From a virus: a stretch of 64,000 bases of DNA. The stretch spans positions 40,241 through 104,240 of IMG/VR virus record IMGVR_UViG_3300037069_000805. One strand, given 5' to 3'. Of this stretch, positions 53,309 through 61,899 are shown piece by piece; position 1 is the first letter of the stretch; each line of letters starts with the position of its first letter. The notes below the pieces were generated by a model. The model had not been told where the DNA came from and did not search any database. It saw only the letters and a program-made list of their open reading frames with translations. A program made the translations under genes and the position numbers.

Positions 53309-53597
53309 TCTTATTTTTATTATATTTAATTAATCCTTCTTTAATTTTCTTATTCTTTTCATACTTATCAAAGTTAGTATATAACTTTCCAAGATATAAA
53401 TAAATAAAATTTGTTTTTAATTTGTTAAATTCTTCTTCTGAATTTATATTATCTAATTCTAAAGCTTTCATTATTTCTCTTGTAAATTGATAAGGTGAAT
53501 TAATAATTTTATTTATAATATTATCTTGTAGATTATATTTTAAACCTATTCTATGAATTAGAATCTTTATCTTATCTTCATCTACTTTATTTTTCAT
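53295..53597 (-). CDS. HU/IHF-like DNA-binding protein
   Basis: Two N-terminal helices then NFIYLYLGKLY (HU-like strand pattern). Confidence 0.5.
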   Translation of the reverse strand: MKNKVDEDKIKILIHRIGLKYNLQDNIINKIINSPYQFTREIMKALELDNINSEEEFNKLKTNFIYLYLGKLYTNFDKYEKNKKIKEGLIKYNKNKNEKL

Positions 53598-53970
53598 CTA
53601 CAATATTGAAATTAAATATTACTTTAAAATTCTTACTATTTAAATCTAATTCGGGTATAAACATATTTGATATTTCACCATTTACTATAATACCTTTCTT
53701 TCTTAGATTTGTCATTATATTCTGAAATGAATTATCATTCATATTCAATTCATCTTTTATTTTCATTTTAGTATCATAATCAAATACTATAGTCCATAAA
53801 ATCTTATTATTAGTTGTTTCTTTTTTATACACATAATGATAATATAATAATAGAGCTAACACTTGTTGTTGTTGATTATTTAACTTATGAAAACTCTTTG
53901 TTATATCTAACCATCTAAAAAAAAGATTCTTTAATGTAACATTTAGTGTTGCTGTTTTACTATTATTCAT
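53587..53970 (-). CDS. Winged HTH-like DNA-binding protein
   Basis: IKDELNMNDNSFQNIMTNLRKKGII. Confidence 0.55.
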   Translation of the reverse strand: MNNSKTATLNVTLKNLFFRWLDITKSFHKLNNQQQQVLALLLYYHYVYKKETTNNKILWTIVFDYDTKMKIKDELNMNDNSFQNIMTNLRKKGIIVNGEISNMFIPELDLNSKNFKVIFNFNIVDEK

Positions 53971-54175
53971 TTACAAATTTATTAATTTCATTAATTGTTT
54001 TTACAAAATCTATAAATTCTTTACTATAAGCATCAAAAAAAATATGTTGATTTGATTTACCAATAATGCTACCAGATTGATCAAATTCATCTTCATTCAT
54101 TTCAATATAAATAGTATTAGATACACCTATAAATTCTCCATAAATATTTCCATTTGTTACTTTATATTTACTCAT
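53963..54175 (-). CDS. Hypothetical protein
   Basis: ORF track; coupled to neighbours. Confidence 0.6.
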   Translation of the reverse strand: MSKYKVTNGNIYGEFIGVSNTIYIEMNEDEFDQSGSIIGKSNQHIFFDAYSKEFIDFVKTINEINKFVNE

Positions 54176-54825
54176 TATTTCCCATATACATAATCTAAAA
54201 TTCTTCCTACTAATCCACTTCTATGATTTTCTTTTAATTTAATATGAACAATACCTTCTATATTTTTAGATAGTTCAATTGCAAAATCTAAACCTGTATA
54301 TGTTTCAGATATATCTCTTTGAGATTGATCACCATTAATTACAATTTTACCTGTAGTACCTAATCTTGTAAGAACTGCTTCCATTTCTTTTGCAGTAAGA
54401 TTTTGTGCTTCTTCTATAATAAGAATATCGTCTATTGTTTTACCACGTATAAATTGAATTGGTAAAGCTAATATTTTACCATTTTTAATATATTCATCAA
54501 CTTTTAATCTATCAGTGCATTTATAAAGATTTTCAACTAAAGCTTCCATATATGGATTAAACTTTTCTTTTAAATCTCCTGGTAAGAAACCTAATGATTT
54601 ACCTACTTCAATAGCACTTCTAGCAACTAAAATCTTATCACATTGTTTTCTATTTAAAAAATCTAATGCTGTAATAGAACCTACTAATGATTTACCAGAA
54701 CCTGCCCTACCAGTTATAATAACAATTTGATTATCTATAATTAATTGTTTAGCTAGTTTTTGTTCTTCATTAAGAGCTATATTATATTTTATTTCAGACT
54801 TTCTTTCTCTATTAGTTTCTTTCAT
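54175..54825 (-). CDS. phoH: PhoH-like ATPase
   Basis: GRAGSGKS, LGFLPGDLKEK, FIRGKT, IEEAQN, TRLG, GDQSQRD, HRSGLV. Confidence 0.93.
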   Translation of the reverse strand: MKETNRERKSEIKYNIALNEEQKLAKQLIIDNQIVIITGRAGSGKSLVGSITALDFLNRKQCDKILVARSAIEVGKSLGFLPGDLKEKFNPYMEALVENLYKCTDRLKVDEYIKNGKILALPIQFIRGKTIDDILIIEEAQNLTAKEMEAVLTRLGTTGKIVINGDQSQRDISETYTGLDFAIELSKNIEGIVHIKLKENHRSGLVGRILDYVYGK

Positions 54826-55156
54826 TTTTGAATTTTAAATATTCATTAATATTTTCAAATGTTTCTAGTTCATTTATAGAACCACATTTAAAACATATAT
54901 TATTATCTAATTCATCTGACATGATATGTAGACTTTTACAATATTTGCAAGCAACTACTGATTCTTTATCATATTCTATTTTTTTATTATCTTCCATTGT
55001 TTTTATTAAATTATCTACATCTTTTACATAATCAGTATCATAAGGTGGAAATGGTGCTAAGTTATTGTAATAATGTAAGTGACTAGATAGCCGTTTCAGT
55101 TCTTTTAATTTTTTCTGTTTCATTATTAATTGTGATTTCAGCATTCCATAAATCAT
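54812..55156 (-). CDS. Zn-ribbon protein
   Basis: CKYC...CFKC; true start may be downstream of 55156. Confidence 0.6.
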   Translation of the reverse strand: MIYGMLKSQLIMKQKKLKELKRLSSHLHYYNNLAPFPPYDTDYVKDVDNLIKTMEDNKKIEYDKESVVACKYCKSLHIMSDELDNNICFKCGSINELETFENINEYLKFKNERN

Positions 55157-55295
55157 CTTCCGATTTATTAATATTAATAGAATATGAATAATCTTTATGT
55201 TTAGAACTGAATCTATTTATATCAGTCATAAAATTATCAATATTATCTAATATCTCTTTTATAGATTGCTGTTCTAATGTATAAGTATTATTCAT
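55083..55295 (-). CDS. Hypothetical protein
   Basis: ORF track; tiles with neighbours. Confidence 0.55.
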   Translation of the reverse strand: MNNTYTLEQQSIKEILDNIDNFMTDINRFSSKHKDYSYSININKSEDDLWNAEITINNETEKIKRTETAI

Positions 55296-55578
55296 TTATA
55301 TTATTCTTTTGTTTATATTCTTGCCATTCTATATTACTCATTAAATCTGGAAATCTTTCTAAATTACAACTCTTTTTAATTGAAGTTATACCTTTGAATA
55401 CACAACCACATTTAATACACTTACCAGTCTTTGCACAATCGTCACGACATATTAATCTACGATATGCTATCTGTTCTTTTATATGTTGTGGTTGTACTTC
55501 AAGCTCTTCTAGTATTCTTTGAGAGTTTCCCTCTAGAAAAGATAATATATTTTTATATGTTATCTTCTTCTTTTCCAT
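55288..55578 (-). CDS. Cys-rich (Zn-binding) protein
   Basis: CRDDC..KCIKCGC..KSC..FPDLM. Confidence 0.65.
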   Translation of the reverse strand: MEKKKITYKNILSFLEGNSQRILEELEVQPQHIKEQIAYRRLICRDDCAKTGKCIKCGCVFKGITSIKKSCNLERFPDLMSNIEWQEYKQKNNINE

Positions 55579-55828
55579 TTGTCATTTCTTTAGCTTGATG
55601 TACTTTACCTAGTACTAAAAACTTCTCCATATTATCTAACTCTCTTCCATAAATAGGAAGTACATATTCATTTATATTATCTTCTGTATATTCAAGTGTC
55701 GGATCTAATTGTTTAGCTACTATGTCCATTTCACCAATTATCTTATAAAAAGATTTAATATGTTGTTTAGTTTTTTTATCTTTTAATAAATTGTTTTGTC
55801 TTAATCCTTGTTTCATGTAATTACTCAT
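55553..55828 (-). CDS. Hypothetical protein
   Basis: ORF track; tiling. Confidence 0.6.
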   Translation of the reverse strand: MSNYMKQGLRQNNLLKDKKTKQHIKSFYKIIGEMDIVAKQLDPTLEYTEDNINEYVLPIYGRELDNMEKFLVLGKVHQAKEMTNGKEEDNI

Positions 55829-56120
55829 TGTTTTCTAATTTAGGAAATTTTAAATATTGTATATTTGGTTCTTCTATTTGATTTTCAATAAGTTTATCAT
55901 ATCGATTTCTATTGACTATAACAAAATCTACTTCCATATCTACATCTGATATATCATTAACTGGATAATGTTGTTTAATTTTTACTAACTCTGTATTTTC
56001 TTTCATTGCTGAATATAAAAACGTAGTAATTGCAAATTTTAAATTTTCCTTATTTAATATACCATTATTAGTATTTAATGAATGTGTTAATTTTTTATAC
56101 ACGTGAATATCTTTATTCAT
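55821..56120 (-). CDS. Hypothetical protein
   Basis: ORF track; tiling. Confidence 0.6.
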   Translation of the reverse strand: MNKDIHVYKKLTHSLNTNNGILNKENLKFAITTFLYSAMKENTELVKIKQHYPVNDISDVDMEVDFVIVNRNRYDKLIENQIEEPNIQYLKFPKLENNE

Positions 56121-56436
56121 ATCTTTTAATTATTATATCACTATCAACTATATTATAATTTTCATCTAGTAATAATTGTTCTCTTATCTTTGTATTCTTA
56201 TTAGCAACGTATATTTGTGCTGTTAATTGTTGTCTATCATTTCTAAATAAACCTACATTAACATCTATTAATCTACAGTTACTTCTCCATTTATGTGTAT
56301 AGTAATGTTTAAGTTTAAATAAATCATTATGATTACTAATTAAATCTTCTCTTATTATATCATGTATTTGTTCTATCATATTAAAATAATTTATCTTCTG
56401 ATAATTCATGTTCAGCACATTCATGTTGTACTCCAA
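56113..56436 (-). CDS. Hypothetical protein
   Basis: ORF track; start uncertain. Confidence 0.55.
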   Translation of the reverse strand: MEYNMNVLNMNYQKINYFNMIEQIHDIIREDLISNHNDLFKLKHYYTHKWRSNCRLIDVNVGLFRNDRQQLTAQIYVANKNTKIREQLLLDENYNIVDSDIIIKRYE

Positions 56437-56566
56437 ATCCTAAACTTACTAAATAAGTATTAGTATCAAATACATATGAATAATTTACTTCTATTACTAT
56501 TCCTTTTTCTGATTCAGGAGTTATATGATAAACTTCATCTCCTATATTAAATTTTGGTCTTTTCAT
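56381..56566 (-). CDS. Small SH3/Tudor-like beta protein
   Basis: KFNIGDEVY..GIVIEV..YLV..EHEL pattern. Confidence 0.55.
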   Translation of the reverse strand: MKRPKFNIGDEVYHITPESEKGIVIEVNYSYVFDTNTYLVSLGFGVQHECAEHELSEDKLF

Positions 56567-56628
56567 TAAATATTTGTTTTAAAAATGTATATAAATCTAT
56601 TTGTCCTGTTTGTAATAGTTGTAACCAT

Positions 56629-56838
56629 TTATTTTTTGTATCTTCTTCCATCTTGTACTGGATATAACATATTATATGTTTGAAATAGAAACTTATTAAA
56701 TCTATCTATATCAAATCCTGTCTTAGTTACATATTCTTTCTTATTGATACTTTTACCATCGGGTAATATAATCTTATCTTGTAACCATCTTATTCCATTA
56801 AACCACTCTGTATATGTCTTATATTCCATCATCTGCAT
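56629..56838 (-). CDS. Hypothetical protein
   Basis: ORF track; shares IILPDGKSIN with 56970-57206 (VILPDGSKIN). Confidence 0.55.
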   Translation of the reverse strand: MQMMEYKTYTEWFNGIRWLQDKIILPDGKSINKKEYVTKTGFDIDRFNKFLFQTYNMLYPVQDGRRYKK

Positions 56839-56986
56839 ATATCCAATTATAATCTTTATAAAATATTACTTCATCTTTATCTCCATATTTCCATGGACCA
56901 TCATATAGTTCATCCCATTGTTGAGATATTGTTGTACCATCTTTATATTTAAATACTAAAAATTTACATTTATATTCCTTTTTCAT
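56819..56986 (-). CDS. Hypothetical 55-aa protein (not in ORF track)
   Basis: MKKEYKCKFLVFKYKDG...YADDGI*; fills the gap and overlaps both neighbours. Confidence 0.6.
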   Translation of the reverse strand: MKKEYKCKFLVFKYKDGTTISQQWDELYDGPWKYGDKDEVIFYKDYNWIYADDGI

Positions 56987-57206
56987 CTTTATACCTATCT
57001 ACTAACATTGTAGTGTAACTACCACTATCAAATGTTCCATTAATATCTATATACATTCTAACATTTATTTTAGAACCATCTGGTAATATAACTTTATATT
57101 TATATTGTGTTATATCTTCAGCCCAATCTAAAAAACCAACTGGTAAATCATCTCTTATAACTATAGATGGTGTAAACCAATCATCATATTTACATATTTC
57201 TTCCAT
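56970..57206 (-). CDS. Hypothetical protein
   Basis: ORF track. Confidence 0.55.
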   Translation of the reverse strand: MEEICKYDDWFTPSIVIRDDLPVGFLDWAEDITQYKYKVILPDGSKINVRMYIDINGTFDSGSYTTMLVDRYKDEKGI

Positions 57207-57918
57207 TTCTTAATTCTGGATATTTATAATTAATATTAAATTTCTTTTTATTATTTTCTTCAAGAATTTGTCTAACTCTTTCTCTACTAATATTTAAGTA
57301 TTTTGATAATGTAACTGAATTATCAAATTCTAAAGTTTTATTATTCTCTATTAAAATTATTTTCTTTTTTAGTTTATTTAATCTATTTTTTTCTTTTATT
57401 TCACTATTATAATTTTTCCATGATAATATAGTTTCTAGATTTTCATAGTAAAATTTTTTTGAAACTAATCTATATTTACCACATATTATACAATTATTAT
57501 TACATCTTTGAGATAATAATTTTCTTTTTAAAAATCTACTTGTTTCAGAAATAGATGGTAACTCTATAATTATTTTACCATTTAAATCAAGTAAGTATAC
57601 TTCTATTGATAAAACATCTGCGCCACCACCATTTGTAATATATGTTAAATTGTAAAGTTCATTGCGATTAAATGAATTAATATATTCTTGTTCTTTTTCT
57701 AAAAGTTCATATTTATTTAATTGTTCACAAATTTCTAATATTTCAAATTTAAAATTTAATATACCATATTTGTTATAAGATGCTTGTAAATGACTATTTC
57801 TATGAGTATTGTTTTTTAAATCTGAAAAATGTTGTTTACATCTTTTTAACATATCATTACTAGAACCAATATAAATTTTATTTGTTTCTAAATTTACTAT
57901 TTTATATATACCTTTCAT
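57190..57918 (-). CDS. GIY-YIG homing endonuclease with C-terminal HTH
   Basis: MKGIYKIVN..IYIGSS; LNISRERVRQI. Confidence 0.85.
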   Translation of the reverse strand: MKGIYKIVNLETNKIYIGSSNDMLKRCKQHFSDLKNNTHRNSHLQASYNKYGILNFKFEILEICEQLNKYELLEKEQEYINSFNRNELYNLTYITNGGGADVLSIEVYLLDLNGKIIIELPSISETSRFLKRKLLSQRCNNNCIICGKYRLVSKKFYYENLETILSWKNYNSEIKEKNRLNKLKKKIILIENNKTLEFDNSVTLSKYLNISRERVRQILEENNKKKFNINYKYPELRNGRNM

Positions 57919-57941
57919 AATAATACTTTCAAATTATAATA

Positions 57942-57973
57942 CAAAGATAAGGAATAAAAATGACAATTCCTAA
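57942..57973 (-). promoter_or_regulatory. Bacteroidota sigma70-type promoter
   Basis: TTAGGA-N18-TATCTTTG. Confidence 0.8.
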
Positions 57974-58022
57974 TTTTTTTGCAATTATTTTTCATAAATA
58001 GTGAAAATAATTTAAAAAACAT

Positions 58023-58057
58023 AAAAAAACCCACTAATCAATTAAGAAAAGTGGGTT
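58023..58057 (-). terminator. Intrinsic terminator
   Basis: AACCCACT...AGTGGGTT + T-tract after the T5orf172-like gene. Confidence 0.7.
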
Positions 58058-58065
58058 GTAATAGA

Positions 58066-58608
58066 TTATATATTGTTATTATGTTTGGCAACTAATTTAT
58101 TTAATCTTGCAGATTTAACAAAGAAAGATACTTGATCTTTAGTAAATCCATAATCTACAATATATTTATGATATGATATTCTTTTATCTTTTTTATTTTT
58201 TAAACAATATTCAATATCTTCTAAAATTAATTTTACTTTACTTTTATTACAGTTTTCAGTATTTGGTATTGATTTATTTTGTCTAAACTCTTGATTTGAT
58301 TTTGAATTAAGTTGTATAGCTTTAAATTCAGCTAATTTAATATCAATAAATTGAGGAATATTTCTAAGAGAACCAATTATAATAGATTCTATATTAATAT
58401 TTCTTAAATCAAACCATTCATTATTTGAATTTGTTTTTACTTCTTTAAATAACTTATGTAATACTTTTTCATATTTATCTTTTACGTCAAATAAATGAGT
58501 GAAGGATAATTTATTAGGATTACTAGTTTGTAATTCTTTAATCCTATTATAAGGATTTTTACTTTTACCTATTTTAGTATAGGTACCATCTGATATAAAA
58601 TACACCAT
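58066..58608 (-). CDS. T5orf172/GIY-YIG-superfamily nuclease-domain protein
   Basis: VYFI..TKIGKS..RIKELQTSNP..EKVLH..NEWF. Confidence 0.8.
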   Translation of the reverse strand: MVYFISDGTYTKIGKSKNPYNRIKELQTSNPNKLSFTHLFDVKDKYEKVLHKLFKEVKTNSNNEWFDLRNINIESIIIGSLRNIPQFIDIKLAEFKAIQLNSKSNQEFRQNKSIPNTENCNKSKVKLILEDIEYCLKNKKDKRISYHKYIVDYGFTKDQVSFFVKSARLNKLVAKHNNNI

Positions 58609-58619
58609 TATATATAATA

Positions 58620-58910
58620 TTTAATTAATACTTAATATCTAATTTTAGTTATTAGATATAAGAATCCCTATATGCAAACTGGTGTGTATTGCATAAACCG
58701 TCATATTTTAACTTCTTCTTGATTATAGACAGTGCATTATCCAAGATTTAACTGTTATTTAATAACATTTTTAGTTCGTGACACTTTTTGTTAAATCAAT
58801 CTATAAACTTGAATTGTTGGGAACGATTGGATTCCAACTTCTTACTTAACCCTTAGATACTGGAGCCAATTTAGGGTGTCCAGCAGAGCATCTTTCAAAG
58901 TAAGATATTT
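58620..58910 (-). ncRNA. Candidate structured RNA / 5' leader (~290 nt)
   Basis: No ORF; directly after a promoter; several stems and a possible pseudoknot found by eye. Confidence 0.45.
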
Positions 58911-58918
58911 TAATAGTA

Positions 58919-58950
58919 CAAAGATAAACAATTTAATTGACAATTCCTAA
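58919..58950 (-). promoter_or_regulatory. Bacteroidota sigma70-type promoter
   Basis: TTAGGA-N18-TATCTTTG. Confidence 0.8.
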
Positions 58951-58986
58951 TAAAAAGTGAATTATTTTCAATTTATTTCCTTTTAG

Positions 58987-59328
58987 TTATAGCATATTTG
59001 TGTTTTTAATAAACCTTTCAACTTGTTCAAATACCCATTCTGTAAAATAAGCTTGTGGTTCATCATTATCAAAATCTGGTTTCATACAAATATATTTAAA
59101 TAACATATTGGTTATATGTACTGACTCATGACATATTAAAGAATTCGATATTTCTTCATTTGGAAAGGCTATATAGAATTTACTATTCTCTTGAAAGGTA
59201 AAAGCTCCATAATTACAACCTTTATCTACTTTTAAACTATATTTACCATCTAATTCTTCTAAATTATCTACTTGTATAAGTACTAATGTTCCAACATATA
59301 TAGGTATTTTAATTTCTTCTATTCTCAT
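58987..59328 (-). CDS. Small HExxH metallopeptidase-like protein
   Basis: ICHESVH...NDEPQAY. Confidence 0.65.
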   Translation of the reverse strand: MRIEEIKIPIYVGTLVLIQVDNLEELDGKYSLKVDKGCNYGAFTFQENSKFYIAFPNEEISNSLICHESVHITNMLFKYICMKPDFDNDEPQAYFTEWVFEQVERFIKNTNML

Positions 59329-59343
59329 AATATTAAATTTTTA

Positions 59344-59375
59344 CAAAGATAATGAATTTATTCCATATATCCTAA
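59344..59375 (-). promoter_or_regulatory. Bacteroidota sigma70-type promoter
   Basis: TTAGGA-N18-TATCTTTG. Confidence 0.8.
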
Positions 59376-59525
59376 TTTTTAATGGATTATTTTTAAATTT
59401 TTTATAAAATTTTTTCAGAAAGTTTTTTATTGATGTGTATACTGACTAATCTAACTTCAACCCCTACCCTCTTTAAGGTTTGGGGATATACCCGTACACA
59501 AATTGTTAAATTAAAACACAAGATT

Positions 59526-59975
59526 ATGTCATTTAAACCTAGAAAAGTCGAGTACAATGGTACAGAAAAAATTGTTTTAGTAGGTAATGCTAAATTGAAA
59601 TCACAATTACCAACATCTGAAAAGTCAGTACTATCTTATGATAATGCTGAGGGTGTTACTAAGAATTACAAGTTAGCTAATATAGCTGTTGACTTTGGTA
59701 ATGGTCAGACTACTGATATGTTAGCATCAGTACCTGAGAAAATCTATGCTAATAATGAATTTAAAGCTGGAGAGTCTTATCTTACTACTATTGAGAAAGT
59801 AGAAGATAGAAAGAATCCAGGTAAATACATCTTATTGGCACGTATGTCTGCTTTATCAGCTCTTGAGGTTAATGAAGTAGCTATTAACCATGCTATCAAC
59901 AACTTGTTTGAAATGGAAGCTGTAGAAGATCCTATTGCTGAAGTTAAATTAGCTGGTGCTGAAGTAGAAGAGTAA
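59526..59975 (+). CDS. First plus-strand gene; beta-rich protein with acidic tail
   Basis: In-frame ATG at 59526 (MSFKPRK) preferred over the TTG at 59430. Confidence 0.75.
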   Translation: MSFKPRKVEYNGTEKIVLVGNAKLKSQLPTSEKSVLSYDNAEGVTKNYKLANIAVDFGNGQTTDMLASVPEKIYANNEFKAGESYLTTIEKVEDRKNPGKYILLARMSALSALEVNEVAINHAINNLFEMEAVEDPIAEVKLAGAEVEE

Positions 59976-59987
59976 TTAAAGGATTAA

Positions 59988-60410
59988 ACCACACAAAAAA
60001 TCTAAGGAAGGATAGTGATATCAGAGTTTAAGAAACTAGTTTAGATTGAGTGTGGTCTTTCTTTTTATAACATGTGATACTTATGTATTAGGTGTTAGTT
60101 TGTAGTTTTACCAATTAGTAATATATAGATTATGATTTCATTTCATCATTTCATTGCATTAATTAACAACTATAATCTTTTACTAGTTGGTCAGCTACTT
60201 ATTTTAAACTTATAAACTCTCATCCAGCGTTACCAGCAATAAGTTGCTATCTGTTGTAAGTCAGATGTGAGAGTTTTTATATATTATGTGATAGTTAAAG
60301 TATTGATTATGTGATAGTTATGTTTGTTTTATAGGTATGATTATTGATGTAATTACTTGATTATCATCATCTCAATCAATAAAAACACTATCATTAATCA
60401 CCAAATCACA
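59988..60410 (+). ncRNA. Tandem stem-loop array, part 1 (four hairpins)
   Basis: Inverted repeats 59988-60056, 60110-60191, 60214-60276, 60287-60410; strand assumed from flanking genes. Confidence 0.5.
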
Positions 60411-60449
60411 CAATTATTATTTTAATATAGCACATTTAAACAAAGTATT

Positions 60450-60662
60450 ATGACATCAACTGATAAAAAAGAATACAATATATTACAAAGAAAATGTCAA
60501 GAAGCTTACATTAAACACTTCGATAGAGGTAATTTTGGAAGAATTCATGGTAAATCTGTCAATTCATTTAATAATAGATTAGCTAAAATGCATCAATTTT
60601 GTATTGAAAAGCAATTAAATAATAGTCGATGGTTACGAATACAACCATTACAACTGTATTAA
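60450..60662 (+). CDS. Hypothetical 70-aa protein
   Basis: ORF track; AT-rich ATT-ATG start context. Confidence 0.6.
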   Translation: MTSTDKKEYNILQRKCQEAYIKHFDRGNFGRIHGKSVNSFNNRLAKMHQFCIEKQLNNSRWLRIQPLQLY

Positions 60663-60700
60663 TTTACAAAAACAAAACTAACTGACAAAAACAAAATATT

Positions 60701-60880
60701 ATGAAATACGCAATTATAATTGATGTAAGAAATAGAAAATATCTTACTGGATTCACAAATATTAGAATTGAAAAAGAAACTATGCTTACAGGTGGAACTA
60801 AATATACTGTTGAATTAAGAGAAATGACAGGTATATTCTTAACACTTGAAGGTGATGCTAAAGAATATTTTAGCAATTAA
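60701..60880 (+). CDS. Hypothetical 59-aa protein (not in ORF track)
   Basis: MKYAIIIDVRNRKYLTG...KEYFSN*; A-rich leader; same strand as neighbours. Confidence 0.65.
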   Translation: MKYAIIIDVRNRKYLTGFTNIRIEKETMLTGGTKYTVELREMTGIFLTLEGDAKEYFSN

Positions 60881-60888
60881 CAACATTT

Positions 60889-61690
60889 TAGTCAGTCAAT
60901 TACAGATAATGCTGGGTTGACTGATTATAAAATATCATGGTAATTCATCATCTAACAACTTGTCAATAGCTCTGTTAGATGATTAGCCATATCTTATAAA
61001 ACTAATACATTAATACTGCATAAATTAGAGAGAGGTGACATATGAGAGTCTAACTCATCCTTTCGATGGACATAATTTATAGCATTAGTATTAGTTTTTA
61101 AAATACATGTTGAGAACAAGTTGATTAATTAGTAGGATGTTACAAGAAAATTGTATACAGCATCATACGTGCACAATCAACTTGTTTAACAATATAAAAG
61201 AATTAAATTTTAATGATGGTAGAATTACCTTCACGCAAGTCTTACTCATAAGTGACAGGTCTTCCTAGGAATAAGAAACTGTATCTTGAGGGAAATCTAT
61301 AACTAATAAGGATTAAAAATCTAATTAGAAAAAAGAAAGTACAGAACATATTATATAACAATAATATGTATAAGAGAAATTTAATTCTTTTTTAACAAAA
61401 TGTCACTGACGCATTATAAGATCAGGTGAGTTATACTATTCGTAGTTTAACAAAAAGGTAAGACGTTGCCTAAATAGATGAATTTGTTGTATGTATACTC
61501 TTGTAGGAACATTCTAAGTAAAACTCAGCCATACGATAGTATGAGAAAATGTCCACTGTAGGTGCTGATCGACAAGGCAAATATCAATTAGACAAGAATA
61601 GAATTTATTTAGTTAAATTCTATATCTACTAGCATTGATGAAATAAGGTAAAAAGCATCCCTTATATTTTTAATCGAAATTGTTAAATCT
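60889..61690 (+). ncRNA. Tandem stem-loop array, part 2
   Basis: Inverted repeats 60889-60927, 60937-60990, 60998-61098, 61108-61191, 61196-61391 (perfect 15 bp closing stem), more hairpins to ~61690. Confidence 0.55.
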
Positions 61691-61704
61691 AAAGATAAAT
61701 AGTT

Positions 61705-61899
61705 ATGAAAAGTTTAGAAATTCTTCAACAGCAATTAATTGAGGCTCAAGAAGAATTAAAACCTCTTCTTAAATATAATATGGATAGATATTTGAATAAA
61801 TGTACAGGTGATTTAACATTATTAAGTAGAATAAATCCATTAATAACAAGAATTTATAATCTTAAAATAAATATTAATCAATTAAAACAGAGATTATGA
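61705..61899 (+). CDS. Hypothetical coiled-coil protein
   Basis: ORF track; ATGA coupling to the next gene. Confidence 0.6.
   Translation: MKSLEILQQQLIEAQEELKPLLKYNMDRYLNKCTGDLTLLSRINPLITRIYNLKININQLKQRL

Noticed and set aside
2430-55522. Plus-strand ORFs from the track (2430, 3663, 9333, 10140, 14723, 22844, 25429, 33860, 34646, 42794, 43638, 50940, 51981, 52971, 54828, 55277)
   Set aside because: All lie antisense to long, well-supported minus-strand genes and have shadow-like Leu/Ser/Ile/Phe-rich composition
4393-57918. Group I introns around the GIY-YIG genes; inteins in TerL or RNAP
   Set aside because: Endonuclease ORFs abut complete genes with almost no flanking non-coding sequence; protein lengths are normal and no intein motifs seen
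60664-60876. Minus-strand 70-aa ORF
   Set aside because: Shadow of the plus-strand 59-aa ORF at 60701-60880, which fits local gene orientation
61628-61686. Hammerhead-like core (UUGAUGA...CGAAA)
   Set aside because: First core base is U not C, stem II is not flush with the core, and I found no third stem or cleavage triplet
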